Below, one piece after another: positions 44,089-53,720 of a stretch of DNA of 64,000 bases. How positions within the stretch are numbered: the first letter of the stretch is position 1; the number at the start of each line of letters is the position of its first letter. The translations under genes and the position numbers were made by a program. A model generated the notes under the pieces. The model ran no database searches. It was not told the DNA's origin and was given only the letters and a program-made list of their open reading frames with translations. Origin of the DNA: an uncultured Acidobacteriota bacterium (GTDB taxonomy: Bacteria > Acidobacteriota > Terriglobia > Acidiferrales > UBA7541); NCBI GenBank assembly GCA_963784015.1, contig CAWAPX010000023.1, forward strand, positions 190,229 through 254,228. The letters are read 5' to 3'.

Positions 44089-44373
44089 AAACCATGATCG
44101 GCTCGAGCGTGGTTTAGGCACGGGGAGGCATCTTCGTTTCGCGGAGCGAAGGAAGTCAACGTGGGCGAGGACTGATAGATGACCAAAGAAATAGACTGCT
44201 AAAGATGTAGTTGGCTGGGCTTACCTATACTAATGGTACCGGAGGACTGGAGTTTACGTTGTCTGCATGCGGTATTCACATGGGCGTAACCTTCCGTGAC
44301 TAGCCTCGGAGCGCTTCTGTTGACTGCTGGCCAGCCAACTATTCATGAAACCCATGGAGGATCCATAAAGAAT

Positions 44374-46008
44374 ATGCGAAGAGTTTTCGCGACTTTACTC
44401 GCGGGATTTATGCTCAACCCGGCAATGATCGGGGCCACGCCACCGAATCAAAGCTTCGGCGGCACGGCCACACCCATCAAACATCTGGTCATCATCTTCC
44501 AGGAAAACATTTCGTTCGACCATTATTTCGGAACGTACCCGAATGCCCAGAACCTCAAGGGCGAGAATCCCTTTTACGCCGCACCGAACACGCCGGGAGT
44601 GAACGGCTATAGCCCCGCCCTTTTGACGCGCAACCCGAACTTGAATCCGGCAAACGGAAGCGGCGCGACGAATCCATTCCGCCTCAGCCCCGCGCAGGCC
44701 GCCACGAACGACCAGGATCACAACTACACGCCGGAACAGGAAGCGTATGACGGCGGGTTGATGGATTTGTTTCCCGAGTTCACCGGAACGGCTGGCCCGC
44801 CACCAGGGGCACCGCCGATCGCCGATACCAAGGGGCTCACGATGGGCTATTACGACGGCAACACCGTCACCGCGTATTGGAACTACGCGCAGCATTTTGC
44901 GATGAGCGACAACTCGTTCGACACGAACTTTGGGCCCTCGACTCCGGGAGCACTCAACGTGATCTCGGGACAGACCAACGGCGTGGTTGACAACACCAAC
45001 GGCAGCGGGGCGATCACCGCGGATGGGAACGGCGGATTCTCGGACACTGGCGACGCAGACCCAGCGGGCGATGTGTGCTCGACAACGACCGGCGAGACCT
45101 TCAGCATGAGCGGGAAGAATATCGGGGACCTATTGAATGAGAAGGGCATCAGCTGGGGCTTTTTTGAGGGCGGCTTTAACCTGAGCCTTACGAATGCGAA
45201 CGGGTCGACCGGCTGCGCGCGCTCGACGACTTCGACGATCACAAACTCGAAGAAAGCGGACTACATTCCGCATCACCAGCCGTTCCAGTATTATGCGAGC
45301 ACGGCGAACCCGCTGCACCTGCGTCCCGCTTCGATCGCGGAGATCGGGCACAACGGTCCGGCGAATCATCAATACGATACGGCCGATTTTTTCGCGGCTC
45401 TTAGCAATAGCAACTTGCCCTCGGTGAGCTATTTGAAGGCCCCTGGCTTTCAGGATGGGCACGCCGGTTATTCGGATCCGATCGACGAGCAGAACTTCGT
45501 GGTGACGGTGATTAATGCACTCGAGAAGAGCCCGGAGTGGCAAAGCACCGCGGTGATTATCGCCTATGACGACTCCGACGGGTGGTATGACCACGTGACG
45601 AGCCCGCTGGTGAATCAGTCGGCGACTGCGTCCGACCAGAACACCGCCGGCGCGTTCATGTGCGGCTCCTCGGCAAGTGCAACCACAACGGCTCTGCCCG
45701 GTGTGGCCACAGGCACGACGCATGCGCAAGGGCGTTGCGGATATGGGCCGCGCCAGCCTTTCCTGGTGATTTCGCCGTACGCGAAGAGGAACTTCGTGGA
45801 TCATACGATCACGGATCAGAGCTCCGTCGTGAAGTTTATCGAAGACAACTGGCTTGGCGGCGAGCGCATCGCGGGTTCGTTTGACTCGGTTGCCGGCTCG
45901 ATCACGAACATGTTTGACTTCGATCGTTGCCGCGATGAGGATGGCATCCTGATACTTAGTCCGACGACCGGCGAGCAGACAGGACCGTCGATCCCATTCA
46001 AGTTCTAA
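44374..46008 (+). CDS. Phosphoesterase family protein (AcpA-like acid phosphatase / non-haemolytic phospholipase C family), secreted
   Basis: ATG 44374 (GGAGGA upstream) gives the signal peptide MRRVFATLLAGFMLNPAMIGA. It is followed by IKHLVIIFQENISFDHYFGTYP, which is the PF04185-type N-terminal signature. Confidence 0.8.
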   Translation: MRRVFATLLAGFMLNPAMIGATPPNQSFGGTATPIKHLVIIFQENISFDHYFGTYPNAQNLKGENPFYAAPNTPGVNGYSPALLTRNPNLNPANGSGATNPFRLSPAQAATNDQDHNYTPEQEAYDGGLMDLFPEFTGTAGPPPGAPPIADTKGLTMGYYDGNTVTAYWNYAQHFAMSDNSFDTNFGPSTPGALNVISGQTNGVVDNTNGSGAITADGNGGFSDTGDADPAGDVCSTTTGETFSMSGKNIGDLLNEKGISWGFFEGGFNLSLTNANGSTGCARSTTSTITNSKKADYIPHHQPFQYYASTANPLHLRPASIAEIGHNGPANHQYDTADFFAALSNSNLPSVSYLKAPGFQDGHAGYSDPIDEQNFVVTVINALEKSPEWQSTAVIIAYDDSDGWYDHVTSPLVNQSATASDQNTAGAFMCGSSASATTTALPGVATGTTHAQGRCGYGPRQPFLVISPYAKRNFVDHTITDQSSVVKFIEDNWLGGERIAGSFDSVAGSITNMFDFDRCRDEDGILILSPTTGEQTGPSIPFKF

Positions 46009-46065
46009 CTTTAACCAGGAGCGGCCGGAGAAGTTCGCTGGTGTTTCGGCCGAACTGAATTTAGC

Positions 46066-46110
46066 AAGCAGCGGGCGTGCGAAGACGATTCGCATGCCCG
46101 CTGCTTTTTA
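46066..46110 (+). terminator. Rho-independent terminator after the phosphoesterase gene
   Basis: A 16-bp stem AAGCAGCGGGCGTGCG/CGCATGCCCGCTGCTT (one G-U pair) with a 9-nt loop, followed by TTTA. Confidence 0.75.
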
Positions 46111-46116
46111 TGACGG

Positions 46117-47754
46117 GTGGCGACGGCATACAATGAGTCGTCGTTTTGGCGGGGAGATGGCGTGGCGATTACGCGAAGAGAGTTCTTGCAGAAGAGCAGT
46201 TTGATGACGGGTGCGATGCTGACACATCAGCATCACCAGGCGGCTGTTGTGCAGGAGCGGCCAGCGCTGGACCCGAACTCGCTGACGCCCTGGGTTGACG
46301 CTTTGCCGATTCCAGCTATCGCGAAGAGCTCGGAGATGCGGCCCGCGCCTGGGAATGGGGGGGCGAAGGTTCCGTACTACCGTGTGGCGATGCGCGCATT
46401 CGAAACGAAAGTGCATCGGGACATGAAGCCGACGCGGATGTGGGGATTTGGCGGGACATTTCCCGGGCCAACGTTTGATTTGAAGAGCGGCGAAGAAGTG
46501 ATGGTGGAGTGGGTGAATGAGCTGCCAGGGCAGCATTTTTTGCCGATCGATCGCTCGCTGCATGGGGCCGAGGTGGACAAGCCGGAGGTGCGCGCGGTGT
46601 CGCATCTCCACGGCGCGAAGACGCGGCCAGAGAGCGATGGGTATCCCGAGGATTGGGTCGTGCCGGGAAAATCGGCGGTTTATCACTATCCGAACCAGCA
46701 GGATGCGGCGATGCTTTGGTATCACGACCACGCCATGGGGATTAACCGGCTGAATATTTTTGCGGGGCTTGCCGGGGCTTACATTTTGCGGGACAACACA
46801 GAACATGCGTTGGATTTGCCGCGCGAGAAATATGAGATTCCACTGGTGATTTGCGACAGGATGTTCGACAAGGATGGACAACTTTATTATCCGGTCTCGG
46901 ACAAGGAAAAGTCTCCCTGGATACCGGAATTTTTCGGGAACGCCAATCTGGTGAATGGAAGCTTGTTTCCGTTTCTTGAGGTGGATGCGCGGAAATACCG
47001 GTTTCGTGTGCTGAATGCTTCGAATGGGCGGTTTTTCCGGCTGTCACTTTCGAACAAGCAAACGTTTCACCAGATTGGGACGGATCAGGGTTTGCTGGCG
47101 GCACCGGCGGCGGTGCAAAAGATTCTTGTGGCGCCGGGCGAACGACTGGATTTGATTATCGATTTCAAGGAGTCCGCTGGAAGCAGGATTACCTTGAACG
47201 ATGGCTTCGTTTCTCTGATGCAGTTTCGAGTTTCGAATGGTGGCGCGAAGGACGATAGTATTTTGCCTGCGTCTCTGCGCACGATCGAAAGATTGAAAGA
47301 GTCCTCGGCGGTGAAAACGCGGATGCTTTCGCTGGATGAAATAGACGATTCGATTCAAAACCCGGTGAAAATGCAATTGAATGGTTCGAGTTGGCACGAC
47401 CCGGTGACGGAAAACCCCGCGCTTAACTCGACGGAGATATGGAGCTTCGTGAATCCGACGGACGATTCGCATCCCATCCATCTTCATCTCGTGAAATTCC
47501 AGATTTTGGATCGGCAGAAATTTGAGACGTTTGGTTACCTGACGAAACAGAAGCTGCGATTTTTGGGCGATCGGGAGCTTCCCGATGCGACCGAGGCGGG
47601 GTGGAAGGATACAGTGCGCGCTGATCCTGGGATGGTGACGAGGATTATCGCGAAGTTCGAAGGCTTTCCGGGGCGGTACGTCTGGCATTGCCACATTCTG
47701 GAACACGAAGACAACGAAATGATGAGGCCTTACGACGTTCTTCCACAGAAATAG
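46117..47754 (+). CDS. Multicopper oxidase (CotA/bilirubin-oxidase-like), TAT-exported
   Basis: 545 aa with the TAT signal TRREFLQKSSLMTGAM. The copper-site motifs are HLHG, WYHDHA, HPIHLHLV and WHCHILEHEDNEMM. Confidence 0.85.
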   Translation: MATAYNESSFWRGDGVAITRREFLQKSSLMTGAMLTHQHHQAAVVQERPALDPNSLTPWVDALPIPAIAKSSEMRPAPGNGGAKVPYYRVAMRAFETKVHRDMKPTRMWGFGGTFPGPTFDLKSGEEVMVEWVNELPGQHFLPIDRSLHGAEVDKPEVRAVSHLHGAKTRPESDGYPEDWVVPGKSAVYHYPNQQDAAMLWYHDHAMGINRLNIFAGLAGAYILRDNTEHALDLPREKYEIPLVICDRMFDKDGQLYYPVSDKEKSPWIPEFFGNANLVNGSLFPFLEVDARKYRFRVLNASNGRFFRLSLSNKQTFHQIGTDQGLLAAPAAVQKILVAPGERLDLIIDFKESAGSRITLNDGFVSLMQFRVSNGGAKDDSILPASLRTIERLKESSAVKTRMLSLDEIDDSIQNPVKMQLNGSSWHDPVTENPALNSTEIWSFVNPTDDSHPIHLHLVKFQILDRQKFETFGYLTKQKLRFLGDRELPDATEAGWKDTVRADPGMVTRIIAKFEGFPGRYVWHCHILEHEDNEMMRPYDVLPQK

Positions 47755-47810
47755 ACGGAGTGCGTGAGGGCAGACGCAAACCGCATTTACATTTAGTGAA
47801 AATTTGACTG

Positions 47811-47850
47811 CTGGAGACAACCTCGTGAAGCTGGAGACAACCTCGCGAAG
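47811..47850 (+). repeat. Tandem duplication of a 20-bp unit (CTGGAGACAACCTCGYGAAG x2)
   Basis: Units 47811-47830 and 47831-47850 differ at one position (T/C). Confidence 0.85.
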
Positions 47851-48282
47851 GCGGTGCTCATCCGTTAAGTCATCCTCCTGGTGCAAGGAGGAATGAACGT
47901 GCGTTGGCTCATGGTAGCGGGCGTTGGCGAAGTGTTTTTTGTCCGGGGCGGATCGGCGGCGGCTTTCGGAAACGAGGCTGGACCGGCGAATCGTGGCGCC
48001 ACTTCTGCGCTTGTCGAAGGACCGCTCCCATCATTGATGAAATTTCATTCGTGGGATTGCGCCATCTCTCTCAGGATGCAGTGCAGGCGGAAATTTCAAT
48101 GGACGGTGCCGGAGATTCAAGTGCCCGTGCGAGTCAATTATTCGGTGAACATTTTGAGATTGAATCGCTTCCTGCAGTTACCGGACGGCTCGCTGTTATA
48201 CGCACATAACAAGTTGTTCGCCTTCGGCTGGGCGCTCAGAACGCTGTTCTGAGGGTTCTCTCTGTACTAAACTCACAGCACC

Positions 48283-49185
48283 ATGAAATATCGGAAACAG
48301 ATCAAGGAAGCCGCGCGACTTGCCGAACCTTACTGCATCACGAAGGGCGATAAATTCCGCTTAAAAAACTACGACACTAACGACACAGGCGACGTGAAGG
48401 ACCAGGAACACGGCCAAAGAATTATTGATCATCGTGCTGGTCTTATTGCCAATTTGCAGGAGAAGCTCTACGCGCAGGATCACTGGGCGCTGCTGCTCGT
48501 TCTGCAAGGGATGGACGCCGCCGGCAAAGACGGCGTGGTCAAGCATGTCATGTCCGGCGTGAACCCTCAGGGGTGCGACGTCCACTCTTTCAAGGCGCCG
48601 AGCACGGAAGAGCTGAATCACGATTACTTGTGGCGGGTCCACAGTTGCGTTCCGGAGCGCGGCAAAATTGGGATTTTTAATCGTTCCTACTACGAGGAAG
48701 TTCTAGTCGTTCGCGTTCACCCCACTCTCTTGCAAGCGCAGAAGCTGCCGGACTCTTTGATTACCAAGCATATCTGGGAGCAGCGCTATGAAGACATCAA
48801 TGCGTTTGAACAATATCTGACACACAACGGCGTGGTCATCCGCAAGTTTTTCCTGCACATCTCAAAGAAAGAGCAAAAGAAGCGCTTTCTGGAGCGGCTG
48901 GATGATTCAAAAAAGAATTGGAAATTTTCGATGGCGGACGTCAAAGAGCGCGGCTACTGGAAGGACTATCAGGAAGCGTATGAGGAGATGATCCAGAATA
49001 CGGCCACGAAGCATGCCCCCTGGTATGTGGTGCCCGCGGATAACAAGTGGTACACGCAGCTGATCGTAGCCTCCGCGATCATCACCACGCTAGAAGAGCT
49101 AGATCTTTCGTTCCCCGATGTGGACAAAGAAAAAAAGAAGGAATTAGAGAGTGTGCGGGACTCGCTGCTGCACGAGAAGAACTGA
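48283..49185 (+). CDS. Polyphosphate kinase 2 family protein (polyphosphate:nucleotide phosphotransferase)
   Basis: 300 aa. It carries LLLVLQGMDAAGKDGVVKHV (Walker-A-like), FNRSYYEEVLVVRVH and a PPK2 lid region. Confidence 0.9.
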   Translation: MKYRKQIKEAARLAEPYCITKGDKFRLKNYDTNDTGDVKDQEHGQRIIDHRAGLIANLQEKLYAQDHWALLLVLQGMDAAGKDGVVKHVMSGVNPQGCDVHSFKAPSTEELNHDYLWRVHSCVPERGKIGIFNRSYYEEVLVVRVHPTLLQAQKLPDSLITKHIWEQRYEDINAFEQYLTHNGVVIRKFFLHISKKEQKKRFLERLDDSKKNWKFSMADVKERGYWKDYQEAYEEMIQNTATKHAPWYVVPADNKWYTQLIVASAIITTLEELDLSFPDVDKEKKKELESVRDSLLHEKN

Positions 49186-49330
49186 ACTGGCCGCGAGTCG
49201 GCGGTTTTGAAGATAACGCTCGCTGTTTCTTGAAAGCTAGAGGGACCGTAGACACCGTGTTCTCGATTTCTATGTAAGGTAGAATGGAAGTAGGAGCCGC
49301 CTGGCTCGCACGGTCTCGCAAGCCAAAGAG

Positions 49331-49819
49331 GTGATGATGGCGAAGCCGATCGAACTTGAAATCAATGGCAAGCGGCACGTGGTCCAATGCGATCCGGAAA
49401 CGCCGCTCTTGTCCGCGCTCCGCGACGAACTAGGCCTGACCGGCACTAAGTACGGTTGTGGCGAGGGGCAGTGTGGCGCTTGCACTGTTTTAATTGCGGG
49501 GTCGCCGCGCCGATCCTGCCAGATCGCGGTCAGCGCAGTCGGTGCAAAACCCATTACAACTATTGAAGGCCTCGAGCAAAACGGACATCTGCATCCCGTG
49601 CAGCAGGCATTTTTGGAGGCAGAGGCTTTCCAATGCGCCTATTGCACCTCAGGGATGATCATGAGCAGTGTGGGCTTTCTCAAGGTAAATCCACGTCCTA
49701 CTTCAGTGGAGATCGTTCAATTCTTGCAGGGAAATATTTGCCGCTGCGGGACTTATCCGCGAATTATCGAAGCGGTGCGACAGGCAGCCATGACGATACT
49801 GGAAGCCGGACAAGGATGA
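49331..49819 (+). CDS. (2Fe-2S)-binding small subunit of a molybdenum hydroxylase (IorA/CoxS-like)
   Basis: 162 aa. The two cluster motifs are CGEGQCGACTV and CAYCTSG...CRCGTY. The start is GTG 49331 or ATG 49334/49337. Confidence 0.9.
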   Translation: MMMAKPIELEINGKRHVVQCDPETPLLSALRDELGLTGTKYGCGEGQCGACTVLIAGSPRRSCQIAVSAVGAKPITTIEGLEQNGHLHPVQQAFLEAEAFQCAYCTSGMIMSSVGFLKVNPRPTSVEIVQFLQGNICRCGTYPRIIEAVRQAAMTILEAGQG

Positions 49820-51981
49820 TGAGCGATATATCGGTAAAATTCGTGCCGGAACCGGAACGCTACGAGTTTCGCGCAGGCCCAATACATCATTTCGAATTGG
49901 CGCGCCGTGACTTTTTCAAGTTTCTCGGTGCAGGAATTGCCATTTTCGCAGTGGCAAAAGATTCTTTTGGCAAGCAGGAAACCGCTCCCACACATGGCTT
50001 CCACCAGGAAGAACTTCCAAAGGATATCACCGCGTGGCTGCATATCGGTGAAGACGGAACCGTAACCGCGTTCACGGGCAAAGTCGAGATTGGACAAAAC
50101 ATCCGCACGTCTCTGGCACAGACAGTTGCTGATGAGTTGCGCGTGCCTTTTGAGAGCGTGCGAATGGTTACCGCCGACACTGCTTTGACACCATTCGATT
50201 TCGGCACCGTGGGCAGCCGTTCGATGCCGACGATGTCGCCGCAGCTTCGCCGCGCAGCAGCCGCGGCCCGCGACCTGCTTGTCGGTGCAGCGGCGAGAGA
50301 GTGGAATGTCGCGGTGGAAGACCTTACAGCAGCTAACGGAAAAATTACGGATCCGGCGACTGGCCGTTCGCTTAATTACGCGGAGTTGGCACGTGGCAAA
50401 ACATTGGCGCAAAATCTTCCGGCAGAAGACCCCGTAACTCCGCCCAATGAATGGACCGTTGCGGGGAAACCCATTCCGAAAAAGGATGGTCAAGCGTTTG
50501 TTACCGGCAAACATCAGTACACGCCCGATCTTCGGAGGCCTGGCCAGCTGTATGGCAAAGTACTTCGTCCGCCGTCCTTTGGAGCAACGCTGACTTTTTA
50601 CGATGCGAAGGCTGCGCAGGCGATAAGCGGGGTGGTCGTCGTGCGCGACGGCGACTTCATTGGAGCTGCTGCAGCCAATGAACGAGACGCAAGCAAAGCT
50701 CTTGAGGCTATCCATACCGAATGGAAAGAAGTGCCGCAAATTTCGAACAAGGAACTATTTTCGTATCTAAAGCAGAACGCAAAAGCCAAGGGCGATGATC
50801 GCTCTCGAAGAATAAAAGGATCCGTCGAGAACGGCCTGTCGGCAGCTGCACACCGTTTGGATGCGACCTACACTGTCGAATTCATCGCGCACGCTCCACT
50901 CGAACCTCGCGCGGCGTTGGCTGAATGGTCTGATGGAAAACTCACGGTTTGGACGGGGTCGCAACGCCCCTTTGCGGTGCGCGATGAGTTGGCAGATGTA
51001 TTTCACATCGCGGGGTCTAATGTGCGGGTCATCGTGCCGGACACGGGGTCCGCTTATGGCGGGAAACACACGGGAGATGCGGCGCTGGAGGCCGCCCGGT
51101 TATCGCACGCTGCCGGACGCCCTGTGCAGGTAGTTTGGACGCGCGAAGAAGAGTTCACGTGGGCCTACTTTCGTCCGGCGGGGGTAATGGAAATCAAAAG
51201 TGGAATTGCGGCGGACGGCGCGCTGACGGCATGGGAATTTCACAATTACAATTCGGGAATGTCTGCTATTGAAACGCCATACGTCGTTCCCAACCAGCAC
51301 ATCGAATTTCACCCCACACAGTGCCCATTGCGAAGCGGCTCTTATCGCGGGCTTGCCGCGACGGCGAATTTCTTCGCGCGCGAAAGTCATATGGACGAAC
51401 TGGCGCACACCGCGCAAATGGATTCTCTGGAATTCCGCCTGAATAATCTGTCCGATCCTCGGTTGCGTGCCGTGTTGGAGGCAGTGGCAAAATCGTTTGG
51501 CTGGCCGCGCAAGAAAACGCAGGAGGGGCAGGGATTCGGCATTGCATGTGGTTTCGAAAAAGGCGGGTACGTGGCGACATGCGCGGAAGTCACCGTAGAC
51601 CGCTCTTCCGGCGCAGTGCGCGTCGCGCGAATCACGACGGCGTTCGAGTGTGGCGCCATCGTCAATCCCGACGGATTACGCAATCAGGTGATTGGTGCAA
51701 ATATTCAAGGACTCGGAGGGGCGCTCTTCGAGGCCATTGAATTCGAGAATGGCCGCATAACAAATGCTCGTTTTTCGCAGTATCGGGTGCCGCGTTTTCG
51801 CGACGTGCCGGATGTTGAAGCTATCCTTCTTGATCGCAAGGATCTCCCCTCGGCGGGCGCTGGCGAAACGCCCATCATGGGCGTCGCACCCGCCATCGCC
51901 AATGCCATCTTTGACGCCACTGGGATCCGGCTTCGAGGACTTCCGTTGGTCCCGAAGGGCCTGGCTTCGGTGAAAACTTGA
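49816..51981 (+). CDS. Molybdopterin-binding subunit of xanthine dehydrogenase family oxidoreductase (IorB-like), TAT signal
   Basis: ATG 49816 overlaps the small-subunit stop (ATGATGA). The N-terminal RRDFFKFLGAGIAIFAV is TAT-like. The aldehyde oxidase/XDH Mo-binding domains run throughout (GSQRPF, VPDTGSAYGGK, AGAGETPI). No FAD (CoxM-like) subunit gene is adjacent. Confidence 0.9.
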   Translation: MMSDISVKFVPEPERYEFRAGPIHHFELARRDFFKFLGAGIAIFAVAKDSFGKQETAPTHGFHQEELPKDITAWLHIGEDGTVTAFTGKVEIGQNIRTSLAQTVADELRVPFESVRMVTADTALTPFDFGTVGSRSMPTMSPQLRRAAAAARDLLVGAAAREWNVAVEDLTAANGKITDPATGRSLNYAELARGKTLAQNLPAEDPVTPPNEWTVAGKPIPKKDGQAFVTGKHQYTPDLRRPGQLYGKVLRPPSFGATLTFYDAKAAQAISGVVVVRDGDFIGAAAANERDASKALEAIHTEWKEVPQISNKELFSYLKQNAKAKGDDRSRRIKGSVENGLSAAAHRLDATYTVEFIAHAPLEPRAALAEWSDGKLTVWTGSQRPFAVRDELADVFHIAGSNVRVIVPDTGSAYGGKHTGDAALEAARLSHAAGRPVQVVWTREEEFTWAYFRPAGVMEIKSGIAADGALTAWEFHNYNSGMSAIETPYVVPNQHIEFHPTQCPLRSGSYRGLAATANFFARESHMDELAHTAQMDSLEFRLNNLSDPRLRAVLEAVAKSFGWPRKKTQEGQGFGIACGFEKGGYVATCAEVTVDRSSGAVRVARITTAFECGAIVNPDGLRNQVIGANIQGLGGALFEAIEFENGRITNARFSQYRVPRFRDVPDVEAILLDRKDLPSAGAGETPIMGVAPAIANAIFDATGIRLRGLPLVPKGLASVKT

Positions 51982-52054
51982 AGCCAAGCCCGCGCGAATA
52001 GAGCAGAACAAAAACCGCGCAGTCTGTTCCACAGTGAAATGGTTCGTGGAGTTT

Positions 52055-52077
52055 GTCCCAACCTGGGATTTTTTTTG
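52055..52077 (+). terminator. Weak Rho-independent terminator after the Mo-hydroxylase genes
   Basis: A 6-bp stem GTCCCA/TGGGAT (one G-U pair) with a 3-nt loop, followed by a run of eight T. Confidence 0.45.
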
Positions 52078-52337
52078 TTCCGACAGTTACCCGCGATCTC
52101 CATAACATATTTCCTTTCACTAGCTTAGGCATCGCCGAATCCAGCATGTCTGGCCTCAGTCTTGCCCCAAAGGCGTGAAGGCCGTTGTGCTTTTCAACGG
52201 TGGCAGGACTTCGTGTCGCCAGCGACGGTGCGCGACTGGCATTCGCGCCGGCTGTGCCAGCCTTGGGAGTTGCCAGGCGCCAAGCCAGATAGACTGAGCT
52301 GCTTTGATTTGTATTGGTCGCCAAACCGGGAAGTGAA

Positions 52338-52715
52338 ATGATGAATAAAAAAGAAGAAGGACATTCGGAACCGGTTTGGAACCTCCCTGAACTACTGGAG
52401 AGAGTCGACAATGATCAGGTTCTGCTCCGAGAACTCCTCGACATATTCAAAGAGGATTTTCCCCAAACACTTCGGTCCCTCAAGACAGCCGCAGCCGCCG
52501 CGGACTTGAAAAGCTCCTCCCGGTTGAGTCATACCCTCAAGGGAATGCTTTCCAGCCTGGGCGCAACACGCGCAGCCGCCGCTGCGTCAAAACTTGAAGC
52601 ATTGTCCTCCGCCGGAGAAACAACCTCACTGCACGCCGCTTTGAACGCCTTGGAAAGCGAAGCGGAGAGTCTCTTCCCAGAGCTAGATGCGTACATGACG
52701 GAGGTGCGGCGTTGA
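52338..52715 (+). CDS. Hpt (histidine phosphotransfer) domain protein
   Basis: Four-helix-bundle-like with the phosphorylatable His motif SHTLKGMLSSLGA. Starts are ATG 52338 or TTG 52314. The stop overlaps the start of the downstream response regulator. Confidence 0.75.
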   Translation: MMNKKEEGHSEPVWNLPELLERVDNDQVLLRELLDIFKEDFPQTLRSLKTAAAAADLKSSSRLSHTLKGMLSSLGATRAAAAASKLEALSSAGETTSLHAALNALESEAESLFPELDAYMTEVRR

Positions 52716-53680
52716 AGATTTTGATCGCTGACGATGAAGCGCTCTCGCGTCGATTGCTCGAAAAAACGCTGGATCGCGCGGGTTATGAAGTCATCGCCGT
52801 GGAGAACGGCAAGCAAGCCATGGAACAACTCTGCAAACCGAACGGACCTCGCCTAGCTTTACTAGACTGGATCATGCCGGAGATGGACGGGCCCGCCGTG
52901 TGCCGCGCGGTTCGTACACGCACGGAGCAGCCCTACGCCTATATGGTGCTATTGACCTCGAAGGGGTCCAAAGAAGAAACCGTGCTCGGTCTGGAATCTG
53001 GAGCCGACGATTATCTAACTAAGCCGTTCAATGCCGAAGAATTGCGTGCGCGGCTACGCGTGGGAGAGCGCATTTTGTTGCTGGAAGACCGTCTGGTGGA
53101 AGCCCGGGAGAACATGCGTTTTAGGGCTACTCACGATCAGTTAACTTCCCTGCTGAACCGCGGCGCAGTGATGGATTTGCTGCTGCGCGAGTTGCATCGC
53201 TCGCACCGCGAGCAGAAATCCACCGCCATCCTGCTGGGCGATGTTGATCACTTTAAGCGCGTGAACGACACAATGGGCCACGTGGTGGGTGACGAAGTCC
53301 TTATAGAAATTGCTGGCCGTCTACTCAAGTCCGTGCGCTCCTACGATTTCGTGGGCCGCTACGGAGGGGAAGAGTTCCTTGTTGTCCTAAGCAATTGCAA
53401 TCCATCGTATGCGCCAGGCCGTGCGGAAGAGATTCGCAAGTCCATCTCGACTCGTCCAATGCAGACGTCGAAGGGCCCGCTTACGCTCACAATGAGCTTT
53501 GGTGTGCTCTTGAGCTCGGAATGGGGACAGAGACCCGTGGAGGAGTTGTTGCACGAGGTAGATATAGCGCTTTACGAAGCAAAAGCGGCTGGCCGGAACT
53601 GCCTTCGGATGGCCCAGCCGGCAGCAAAGTTGGAAATGTCACCCGCAATGCTGCCACAAGCCGTTCGGCGCAGACAATGA
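52712..53680 (+). CDS. Response regulator receiver + GGDEF diguanylate cyclase
   Basis: TTG start. The receiver reads KILIADDEALSRRLL...LALLDWIMPEMDG...LTSKG. The GGDEF domain has the active site RYGGEEF and an RxxD I-site (RSYD) five residues upstream. Confidence 0.9.
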   Translation: MKILIADDEALSRRLLEKTLDRAGYEVIAVENGKQAMEQLCKPNGPRLALLDWIMPEMDGPAVCRAVRTRTEQPYAYMVLLTSKGSKEETVLGLESGADDYLTKPFNAEELRARLRVGERILLLEDRLVEARENMRFRATHDQLTSLLNRGAVMDLLLRELHRSHREQKSTAILLGDVDHFKRVNDTMGHVVGDEVLIEIAGRLLKSVRSYDFVGRYGGEEFLVVLSNCNPSYAPGRAEEIRKSISTRPMQTSKGPLTLTMSFGVLLSSEWGQRPVEELLHEVDIALYEAKAAGRNCLRMAQPAAKLEMSPAMLPQAVRRRQ

Positions 53681-53720
53681 TGAAGTCTTGCGTGATAGAC
53701 CACATCCGGCGCGGATAAAC

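Noticed and set aside
47881-48252. The 123-aa ORF as a confident protein-coding gene.
   Set aside because: It has no recognisable domain and an atypical composition. Its only support is an AAGGAGG that is itself locked in a hairpin. I keep it as a finding, not as a feature.
51875-52411. A 178-aa minus-strand ORF spanning the Mo-hydroxylase end and the Hpt start.
   Set aside because: It overlaps two confident genes and a terminator-like hairpin and has no domain signal.
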